The notes under the pieces were generated by a model that ran no database searches, was not told the origin of the DNA, and was given only the letters and a program-made list of their open reading frames with translations. A program made the translations under genes and the position numbers. From Sminthopsis crassicaudata (taxonomy: Eukaryota), in NCBI RefSeq assembly GCF_048593235.1, contig NC_133618.1, positions 29,050,478-29,114,477 on the forward strand: a DNA stretch of 64,000 nucleotides. Reading direction: 5' to 3'. The first letter of the stretch is position 1; every line of letters starts with the position of its first letter. This document shows positions 11,076 to 22,000 of the stretch, in pieces.

Positions 11076-12893
11076 TCACAAAACATCTTTAGTTGCCATT
11101 CTGCAAATGATACTTTCTAATAATGTCCCAATCTTTTCTTCTTTGGAAGTTAATTTGTATACCTGTAAAAATAAAGCACATATGGCAGATTAACATTTGG
11201 CATGACTAAATCACACAGAATCAGAAGAAACTCATTGTCATCACTTTCTATTAAGGAAGCGGTCAGATATTTCAAGAGTAGACAATGAAAAGAATATGGA
11301 AAATAGGCAGCGGTCAATATTTCTCCAAAGGCTTATGAATCTAGAAAAATTTCTCAAGTGATTTCCCCACAGTTCTTTACTCGATGCTGCCCAAAATTAA
11401 ATTGTCTTGAAAAAGCTTAAGAAAATATATGTTTCCACCCCAAGGTCCAGAGGACTCAGAGGTGAACTTTCTGATCAAGCCAAAAATAACAAAATAAACT
11501 CTTCCATCCCGTCACTTTCAATCTGAAAACCCAGATTCCTCAAACCTTTTTCACTTTGGAGACATCTGTTATTTCTGGAAGAATGTCGAAGGAAACCTGG
11601 TCACCATCCACCTGAGATACCACATCTTCTGGATTTATCTGTTTTTCTCCTTCTTCGACACAAGCAATTATAACTGAGCTGTCACTGTCGGAGATGCCGA
11701 ACTTCTTCAAGGCCTCTGAAATCTGCCATGAGAGAAAAAAGGCTCATCAGGTCTTCCAAGCGGCCAGAAGGAGCACCCACAATAACGGTGAGGTAAACAG
11801 TTCTCGGACCAGTGCAAGGGACCAGAGTCTTTCCCACTTAGAACAGCACGTTTAAATGACACCGAAGGCTGTGGCTTGCCTTTGCTTTGCTGCCAGCGAC
11901 ACGGGCACAGCACACTCATCAGTTTCATAACTCAGTTTATTTCACTGTTGCCTGTGAGGGAACAGACTTGGACGTGGCCCGCGGCCTCCCTTCCCCCTTC
12001 TATGTATTTGCTGGGACCTTGTCATTTCCACGGATCACGGCCTTTCACCAGGTCTGGCTGGGCCCGGTCTCCAACCTGGAAGGAGGCAGCCGGGGCCTGC
12101 GGGAGTCGGTGAGCACTTACGCTGTTGTTGGGGGAAAGGTTGAAGATAATTTCCGTGCACAGAGTCCTGGTCTTCATTTTCCCAAGCTTCTGGAGATGGA
12201 CGGCTTTGTTGGCTGCCGTGAGGATCTGAAAGGGGTCGACAACCTGCGGAGGAGGAAGGACGGGTGAGGAGCTGCCTCTGGGGGGAGGGGGGGAGCAAGG
12301 GGGGGAAGGGAAAGGAAGCTTCTCCTTCTGAAGATAAGAAGCCCAGAGGGGCCACTCAGAGTTAGTGGCAGAGGCCCAGGGCTCTGACTCACAGTTCCAT
12401 CCACTCCCCAAGCACAAAGGCAGCAAAAGCTGGCCGGATACCCCCCTCCCCCCCCACTCCCAGGGAGCGGGCTCACTGTTCTCTTCCCAATCTGACTCTG
12501 ACTTCAGGATGACAATAAAAGCTAAAAGCACATCAGAGGTGACAAAAATTAATAAAACTTTATTTGAATGGAAATACTTAAGAGTTTACATATGAAGGTA
12601 ACGTCACTTTTAAAGAGATGCTCTTTCGGGGTTGCCACTTTCTTTTTGTTTTCCTTCATAAACTAACTGCATATTTGGGACCAGGAGCTCTCTGTCTAAT
12701 GTGTCTAAAGCCAGAAGAAGTTCGGGCTGCCCCTAACGCTGCGCGCACTTACCATGGCGGCGTTAATCAGCGCCCCACTGAGGTTCCCTTCCATGGCCCT
12801 TTTCCTTAAACCCGCGGTGTTTTTTACATTACGAAACAGGAGAAGCGTCACGGTGCAGTCGGGAAACAAGTCCAGTCGCGAGGTAAACTGCAT
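11076..12893 (-). CDS. TPRKB: TP53RK-binding protein (Cgi121, KEOPS/EKC subunit), 175 aa; coding exons 12893-12753, 12243-12121, 11722-11546, 11162-11076
   Basis: Spliced protein [20 protein letters not shown]...INAAM|[41 protein letters not shown]|[11 protein letters not shown]...SKVKK|[28 protein letters not shown]. All junctions GT-AG phase 0; same length as human TPRKB. Confidence 0.97.
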
Positions 12894-12979
12894 TTTCCCC
12901 TGTGGCAGACAAAAAATTATTACTAGTTTTAATTTACTATAAAATATTATGGGCGTAAATGAGAGGCTGGAGCCCCTTC

Positions 12980-14330
12980 CCTCAACCTCCAAACTCTGAC
13001 CTTTGGTCAGTTCCCCGGGTGAGGTCATTTGAATCCCGCCTCTTTAAGACCCGGGTTTCCTCAAGTCAACAGTAACCCCGCTTTATGTCAGGGCCGGGAT
13101 CAGGGGCCAGCTTCCTCGGCCTGGATCGTTCCCAGGAGCACACCCACTTTACAGATGAGCAAACTGAGCCATTAAGTGATGCTGAGGCAGCGGAGGCCGA
13201 ATCTGAACGTTTTATATTCACTTTAACAATAACTTCTTGGATGGTTTCATTAATTCGTTCATTTACTCATTCATTCATTCAAGGATCGCAGTGTAAACAG
13301 AAACAGGAAGGAGAGGATTTCATAGGACGCTCGGGGGACCGCCCCCCCGTGACCCCACCCCACGACTCCCGCAGCCACCAATGACAGCCTCTGGCTGGCC
13401 TCCAGAAACCCGACGCGTGACGTCACATCGGACGCCGAGCGTCTCCGCGGCCTCCGGCCGACTTTTCGCCATTCCCAGACCAGAACCCCGGGAGCTTCGG
13501 CCCGGTCTGAGTCCGCTCCGATCCCCGCTCTCTAGGCTCTGGTGCCACTCTACTCAGAGAGAACTTACACAGATCCGATTCCTCCCCCACTGAAAGCCGC
13601 CTTTCCTGTCGGAAACGGCGCCCTCTTCCTTCCTCACAACTTCCGGCGCTCACGCATGCGCCCTCGGCACCACTTCCTGCCCTTCGGCTTGTGTGCCCTT
13701 CCGGCTTCCGTTCGCTGGCGGTCTAGTTCTTCCGGGGCGCCTCCTAGGAATGTCGCGGGATCTGCCTGCACACCTGAAGCTGGTTCGGGGCGCGTTGTCT
13801 CTGCTTTCTCTCTGCCAGCGGCTTCTCTGGGCTTCCACTTCCCCTTCTGTCGAGCGAGGGGTGGGGCTAGATTTATTGAGCGAGCACTATTAAGCACCGG
13901 CTGTATGCTAAGCCCCACGCTGGGGGGGAAGGGGGGGAGATTGCCCCGTGTACCAATCGCTCCGTATTTTATTTGTGGCTATTTACGAGCCGACCCCCTT
14001 CTCTCCCCGCGTTAAGCGTTTGAGTCCCTTGGGGAGGGAATGGCCTGGCATACAGTGGGCGCTTAATAGATGCTTGCGGACAGATCTCTCTAGAGTTGCT
14101 TAGCCTCCATCCGGGGGACCAGGCGGTGAATTCGGAATATTGTGAAGGTGCGGGGGGAGCACGTTGGGCGTGCAAGCTGAAGGAGAGCGCAGGGGAGTCC
14201 CCTCTGCCGCGGGGGGAGCGTGGGTGGGAACTACTTCAGCCAATCAAGCATTCATTAGGCGCCTCCTACTCTGGGAGTAAGCCCCGCCCCTGCTCTCTGG
14301 GAGATCCCACTCTACACGCACACGTGATGA
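12980..14330. promoter_or_regulatory. CpG island / TPRKB promoter with non-coding exon 1 (donor at 13569/13568)
   Basis: High CpG density; ETS/GABP-type CTTCCGG at 13640-13646 and 13698-13704; NRF1-type GCATGCGC 13654-13661; CRE TGACGTCA 13418-13425; minus-strand donor TGT|GTAAGT. Confidence 0.8.
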
Positions 14331-15345
14331 GATAGAAGCTGGATAAACTCTGAAAAAGAATTCATTTGTTACTTAGCTGTGCAACATGAAGCAATCCTAG
14401 GCTTATGCAGTAGTCTTAGCCGTTCACTGATTCTTTGCCACCATGTTGGGGGTTTTCTTGGCAAGGATTTTCTTCTCCAGCCCATTTTACAGAAGGAGAA
14501 CCCGAGGTAACTGGGGCAAGGTCCCAGAGCTGGATTGGCGCTCCGGAAGATGAGTCCTCCCAACTCGAGGCTCTGCGGTCTGTCCATTTCCACCTTGCAC
14601 TTCCCGAAATTAACTCGCTACTCCCTTTACCCCAGCAGCTTTTTCAAATCTTTTCATCCTTTTGAGATAGTTGGTTCTTACTAAAAAGACCGTTTGCAGA
14701 GGCCGCCCCTCATCCCTCCGGGACCACATGGCCCAGGTGCCCTCCACCCTGGCTTGAGGATGACCATTCTCCCTGCAGAAGCGATCCCATTCCGTGCGTC
14801 CTCTTCCACTCTGGTTCATCTTCACCCCTTTCCCGTTACCTGGCTGCCACCAGCCTGCTCTCCCCCATCCTGAAAAATAAGGGCAAAACTCACTCCTCCG
14901 TGTATTCTCCTAGAGATCGCCCCCTGTAGCCTTTGTGGTAAGCCTGGAGAAGGCCATCTTCCCTCTTTTCTCCTCTTGTTAACTCCGGGTTCCGCCTTCA
15001 GCTGGAACTGCCGCTCAAGTTGTTCATCTAAGAGGTGACTTCTCTGCCTCCTCTTCTGTACATTTGATTCTCAAATCTACTTTTCCTTAACCTCACTGCT
15101 AACCTCCAGTCTCACCTCTCTCCTTACTTATTACATATCTCAAAATGTCTTCTAGACTCCTTAAACTCAAGAGCCCAAACGACCTATTATTTTTTTTTTC
15201 TGAAGATAACTCTCTTAAACACCATTTTCCAGATGGGAAACCTGAGCCTCATTGTGATGAGCTGGCTTGCTCCAAGGTCATACAACTTATTGGGCTGGAC
15301 TTGAATTCAGATATTTTAGAGTTGTTTTTTAAACTGTGTCCCATT

Positions 15346-15465
15346 GGGGCAGCTGGGTGGCGCAGTGAATAAAGCACAAGCCCCAAATTCAGGAGGACCT
15401 GAGTTCAAATCTGGTCTCAGACACTTAACACTTCCTAGCTGTGTGACCTTGGGCAAGTCACTTAA
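15346..15465 (+). mobile_element. WSINE1-like CORE SINE
   Basis: Same consensus as the 7412 copy, sharing its diagnostic variants. Confidence 0.9.
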
Positions 15466-16078
15466 TGGGGGGGGGGAACCCTGTGTCCCATTGTCTTTAA
15501 GCAGAGAAGATAATTGTGATTGCTACAAAAATCAAAGAATGAAATGCATTTATTAAAGGGTTCTATATGCCCAACACTGTGCTTAGAGCTGGGGGTACAA
15601 AGGAGCAGAATGCCCTACATTCTGACAAGGAGAAGTCACACTAATATGGAGGGGTGGCTGGGTTAAGAGATTTTAGTTTGGAAAGATATATGGTGATTAG
15701 AGCATTATTGGGGCAATTTGACATCCTCCTTTCAGTAACAATGGTTTATAACAGCTGCAAAGAATTGGAGGCCTATGTAAGGAAGCCTTCAGGAAGATGG
15801 CGGGGATTAAAGTGGAGCTGGACCTGGTCTCCATTAGGTGCTGACCATCAACTTGAAGCGTAGGACAGGGAGAGTCCTATGTGGCCAAAATGGCCCTAGA
15901 AGTTGTACCAGGACATTAGAGGCTTGAATGGGGGGAGGATGGGGGATTCAGACCAGTGTCTGGTGCTGGGAAGGAAGGAGATCTAGATGTGGATGGAAGA
16001 AGCAGAGTCTGAAGTGTCCCTGGATCTTTCATGGCTCTGTGAAGGCAGGATGGGGGCAGGTGGGGAGCTTGCCCAGGG

Positions 16079-19000
16079 CTATGGGCGCTGTTCAGGTAGG
16101 CCTGTCCACTTCTTACATATCCAGGGATGAGGTTTGTCACAGAGCATGTCATTCCACTTCACCTCAGTGTGGACACAGTCCTCACTCAGGCCCTTCCCAT
16201 ACTGCCAGTTGTCCGGCTGGTTGGTATTCCAAAACCTGTTGAGAAGAACAGCCCCAGGTCATGAGTAATTTGTATGTCCTGGTGGACACTTTTCCTACAG
16301 TGCACCCAGCCAGGCTAATGAGCTCAATACCAGGAAGACCTGGGGCCACATCTCAAACTGATCATTACTATGAGACCCTGGACAAGTCACTTTATCTCTG
16401 AGCCCATTGCCTCCCTGTTTTGGTGACATCCACATTGGGCTAAACAAATGCTGATGATTAACTGTAATAAAAAGATGGCTGATGTGAGAGGGAGGTTACT
16501 GCCCTGGATGTGCAGAGTACTGCTCTCCCTTTAGCCAGTTGCCTGACTTTCCTCTGTCTCTTCATCTGTATAAAAAGAAGGAGCAGGTGACCTTTCAGGT
16601 CCTTTCCCACTTTGGCCCGCTTTAAAGAAATCTCAAGAGTTTCCCAACAAAATGTCATTTGAGATTTGAGGAAGGTCTGTTATGACTGTGGATTGGGAGG
16701 AAGCTTCATGAAAAGTTGGCCAACATGGGGAGGAGATTGCAGCAGGTCTCAGTTGCCTATGGTATAGAATAAAGAGCTTGGACCAGATAATCCTCCAAGT
16801 GCCTTCTAGCTCAAAATTTGACATGACAAGTGATAGAAAAGTTTCTGCACTTTATAGAAAGAGAATAGCAACTCTATCCCAAAGTAGTTCTGCTGAAGCC
16901 CTCAATCTTCCCTGTCCAACCAGCATTATGTAGGCTACATCCTGGAAGACCAAGTCCTGGAGAGGATCCAGGAGTACTCCCTAGTGACAGCATTTATCAG
17001 TGGATTACTGTCCAAGGGGCCTTCACTGTTGGTCAGCTAGAGAGGCCAACCACGCCAGTACATTTATCAAGAAGACCCCTCAAATGGGGTTAGGATGAAT
17101 TGGGCATGATGGAGCAACAAAGGGCCTTCACCTTCTAGGCACAAGGCCAGGCCCTTCTCTCTCTGCCTTAGTACATATTCATATTTTGTTGTATGTGCTT
17201 TTTTCTGTTCATGTGTTTACATGTGTTCTTTCCCTCTAGAACAAACTCCCTGAGGGCAGGAACTTTCATTTCTATCCTTGCATCTGCATTGCCTAGCACA
17301 GTGTCCAGCGTATTGTTGCTGTTCAATCGCATCTCATTGTGACCCCTTGGACCATACTGTCCATGGAGTTTTCTTGGTAAAGATACTGGAGTGGCTTGCC
17401 ATTTTCTTCTCCAGCTCTTTTTATAGATGAGGAAACTAAGGCAGAGCAACTGGAATGAGTTGCACAGGCTCCCACAGCCAATAAATGTCAGATTTGGATT
17501 TGAACTCAGGTTTTCTTGACCCCAGACCTAGCTCTCTTATTTACTGAGTCACCTACCTGTCTCCTAGTAGGCACTTAATATATGCCATCACATAGTAGGC
17601 ACTTATATATGCTTCTTGAGTGGTTGATAGAAGGAATTCTTGTCCAAACCTGTATTGATTTAAATAGCCTCTTCCTTCCAACTCTGGGATTTAGATCTCC
17701 CTGATCTGGCTTTGGGAAAAACTGGGATGCTCTGGAGCAGGAGAAAGTCATCCCACTTACACTTTGTTCTCATTATACGGAGTCCCATCCACCCAGTGCC
17801 AGGTTCCTTCAGTGTCTTTGTCAGTCAGCCCAATCCAATGATATACTCCATTTGTCCTCTTACTCAGAAATTCCTACAGAGGAGAATTAGCAGAGAACGG
17901 GATTGTCATGGGTATATGTGTCTAATGGGTGAGATTTTCCCATTGCCTGAGAGTAGCCTCTAAGGACAAAAGGAGGACATGTCTGTTCATCTGTTCATTC
18001 TTCTCACTCTCCTTCCTTCCTTCCTTGCACTTCCCATCTTTCTGTTTCTGTCTTTGCCTCTTTGTCTCTGCCAATCTTTCTAGCTCCTTTGCTCTTTTTC
18101 CATTTCCCTCCCATGATGCTTTTCTGATTTCCCTTCACTCCTAGAACTCAAGCTCTATTCACACTTGCCCTTTTCATCTTGGGCTAAGCTGATTACATCA
18201 CTTGGTTCTCTATGGTCGGTTCCCCTGAGTGACCGCTGGTGCACAGACAACATGCCCCTCTTCTAAACATCCTTTAGGTCCTTTAGAGCATGAAAAGGAG
18301 AAATGCCATTATGAATTCTGTTGCTCGTGATTACATAGGGAATAGTAATACTTTGTCTTTTATAAGATAATGACATAACATGACCAGGTCATGGTAGCTC
18401 TATTAAGATCATAAATTCACTTGAGCCCCCAAAATATTAAGCTCTCTCTATACTAGGATATACAAACCCTAAAACCAAACAGTCATGGCTCTCAAGGCAC
18501 AAAGACAATTGAAGGAGAGCATGAATTAGGGCCTGAGATGTCTCTGTTCTTGGTACTGACTGTTCCAGGTACCTGGAAAGCTCTCCCTCTCCTCTGCATT
18601 TAAGATGCCTTGCCAGGCTAACTTCAGCATCTAAGACTTTTGACATTTTATCATTAGACTTTTTCTCCCACACTAAAATCACTCTGTTTTTACCTATATA
18701 TGTATTATTGCCCCCAACTTAATGTAAGCTCCTCAAGGTCAGGAATCATTTCTTTTTTCTAAGGGCCTTGGATTTTGAAAGCATTTCATCCAATATTTCT
18801 GATTAATTAATACCTTTACGTCATTTGGATGAGTGTTGTCTCCCTACTTTGACTGTCTATCATCACATTTCCAAAAGCAAAGTGGTTCTCTGTCCTGTTT
18901 CTTACTCTCTCTCTCTCCCCTCCAATCCCTATTCTGTCAACATTATTCTTTAGGGTCCTTGGGGAGAACACATACCTGTTCATCATCTGAGGTCACTGAG

Positions 19001-22000
19001 GCCAGATGAGAATTGTGGGCCACACAGAACTCCTCAGCCTCATCCCAAGTCTTTTGGGTCTCTGAAAAGTAGTACGCATTCCCCTTGTAGAAGTGCCAGC
19101 CTTGGATGACCAGCTGCAGAAGAGAATCTAGAAGCAGAAGGGTCAGGATAATAAAGGGAATTAGGAACTTCTGAAAAGGCATAAACTGGCTTTGCCACCC
19201 TCTCTGAAGGTTGACACTCTAGGCAGCCTCATGATTGGCCGGGTGGAGTCATGGTGGGGTAAGGGGCTAAATCTCAAACATTTTCTAAGGGACTTTTGAA
19301 TCTGTGTCCTTACTTGTTCCTCAGCACTTGGGAGGTCAGCAGGGCTGGAATTTGTGTCTTGTAGATAAGGAAATTGAGTAAGGTAAGAAAAATTGTGAGC
19401 TGCCCTAGATCCAAGCTAGTTAGGCCTAGGACCTGAGTCTCCACACTCTGCCCACCTGCCATAACTATTGATGGGATGCTTTTTTCCATGACAAAAATGT
19501 GGCTTATGATTCACAGCTGAGTGTGTTGGCCATTTCTCTGTAGGATGAGCTACCTCCCAAAGACATTCATGTTTTAACCCAAAGGGATGAATCTTTAATG
19601 GCAGAATAGCAGGTCTGGCCTCAAGTTCCTAGTCTGTACAAAAAAGGAGAGAATGAGCTCAGAGAAGGTCCCTCTCATCTCTAAATCCTATGTACCAGGG
19701 CCCTCAAAGGCCCTCTGTGATAAAAGCCATTGTCACTGTTACTCACTCTGATGGCTTTGCTGTTGCTGTTGCTGTTGTGCTGTGAGATTCTCCAGTTGCT
19801 GTTTTAAGCCTTGGACTTCAACTTTTAGGCTACTGGTGTTTACCAGGCTTTCCATTATCTTCTGTATTTCTCCATTTGCTTTCTCCAAACCACTACTTAG
19901 CCTTTGGGCCTCAGAATTGAAAGCATTTGTGTTTTCCAAAGATTCCTTTATTTTTTTTATTTCATCACTGGCACTCTTCAGACTGCTGTTTGCCATCTGG
20001 GTCTGAACATTGGCATTTTCCAGCCCCCTTTTTAATATCTGGATCTCATCACTGGCATTCTTTAGATTGCTGTTTGCCCTTTGGCTCTCAGAACTGACAT
20101 TTTGGAGATCTTTTTTTAACATCTGGATCTCAGCATTGACATTTCCCAAACAAGCACTCATCATCTGGGCTTGAGGATGAGCCGTATCCAAAACATCAGT
20201 CAGCTTCTGGCTGGAAGTCTGAATATCTGTTACCTTGTTGAGCATTTGGAAATCTGGAGGAAGTGAGAAAAGATCAGGAGGTCTCACTGCTGAGAAGAAT
20301 CACAAAGATCAAGAGAAGTTGAACTCTTCCCCTGGAACCCCAGGCTATGATAGGCAAGCCTTTATCTCCTTGTGCCCAGCAGTCAGGTGACCCCACATTA
20401 CTGGGGTCATTTAAGACAGGCCACACATGGCAAGAGGGGAAAAGAAACAACTGCTCCACTTAAAGAGGTAAGGGTTAATACGGAGACATAGCTTGGCTGC
20501 TGTAGAGATGGGGCAAATCCACCTGACCTGTGAGACTACTATTGGATTTCCTGGTGATGGGCATTATACAAATTTCCTGAGGCACTAGAGTTGGGTCTGG
20601 GAACTGGGGACAGCCTCGTTTGCCAGAAAACCAGAAAGAAGTCTATACTGAGTCACATAGTTAGGTGGAGAAGAGGTCTGCACTCTAAAAATTAAGGTCA
20701 GTGGGAAATATGCTTTGGGGCTGCAGGAAAACTTACACCCAATGAGGACCAAAAGGAAGGAGAACACAGCCAGAAATATCATGCTGCCTCTGACCATCTT
20801 TGGCTTCCTGAAGAATGAAGGCACTTCTTTCTTGGAGAGCAACCCTGAAGGATAAGATCACTGTTTAAAAGATTTAAACATGTCACATCTAATTACCATA
20901 AAGGTCAGTTTTCTTCTCTGGAAAATCCAGACAAGATATCCTTTTGGCAAGATGACAGAAGCCACCAAGTACCTCAATCAGAACTCTTATCCCCTTCTCA
21001 ACCGAGTATAGGTAAAAATGCTCTAAATAAAGGAAGGTCTATTATCAGCAAAAATGGAAGAAGATAATTATAAAAGTCAGCAATAAGGAATTGAAATAAT
21101 TTCATAAAAATAACTTTAGAAATCCATTAACAGAGAAAAATATGGTAATGAAATTATAAGGAACCAATGATTATTGATATGTCAACATTTATATATCTTG
21201 CCCTAACAATATAATTTAAATTTTAAAGGAAAAGATAGAGGCAATTAGGTGACTCATTGATTAGAGAGCTGAGCCTGGAGACAAAAAAAACCAAAAAAAA
21301 CTAGTTCAAATCTAGTCTTAGACTAACTGTGTGGCTTCTGTTTGTTTTAATTCACTGAAGAAAAAAAATTATGAACTATTGCAGTTTCTTTGCCAAAAGA
21401 AAACTACATGGACAGTTTGGTACATAGTGTCACGAAGAGTTAGAAATGACTTAACAACCACAGAAGGAAAAGATTAATTAATTATAAAAGCAACTAGATT
21501 TTTTAAAGTTAATAGATGAAGTCAATATAAAATTTCAGCCTGCTCCAATTAGAATGAAAGAAAAGTTACAAAGTTATGTGGAATATTGAAAAAAATATTT
21601 TAGAAAAATATAATTTACTTTATGCAAATGAATAGAGCTTAACTTTAGCAAAGTTGTAGTATATTCAGCTTTTATATATATTAGCAATAAAATATTGCTA
21701 GAATAAAAAGAAATTCTGTTTAAAAAACTGCAGGAAGTATAAATTACTTATAAGTCTAACTTTCAAGAAACACTTAGGAACTATAAGGACACAATTATAA
21801 ATCCCTCTTATGTAAATAAATGGAGAATTAAACAGTTGGAGAAATATTAATTTCTCTTGAGCTCATGAGCCAATACAATATATCAAACTATTAAAGGATT
21901 TATTTGTGGTGCTAAAAAAATAAGTAAAACTCAACTAGAGAGACCAATGGTCAAGAATATTAAAGGACAATGAAAAACAAAAAGGAAAAAGGGGAACTTA

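Noticed and set aside
11707-12531. Long ORFs across TPRKB exon 3 and introns
   Set aside because: Only 12243-12121 is exonic; the rest is intron read-through or antisense.
13542-14015. 157-aa and neighbouring ORFs in the CpG island
   Set aside because: Stop-poor GC-rich promoter sequence; no recognisable domain.
14330-16000. Expected DUSP11 upstream of TPRKB; expected separate CD207
   Set aside because: No DUSP11 or EPN-type langerin CRD exons were found anywhere in the window.
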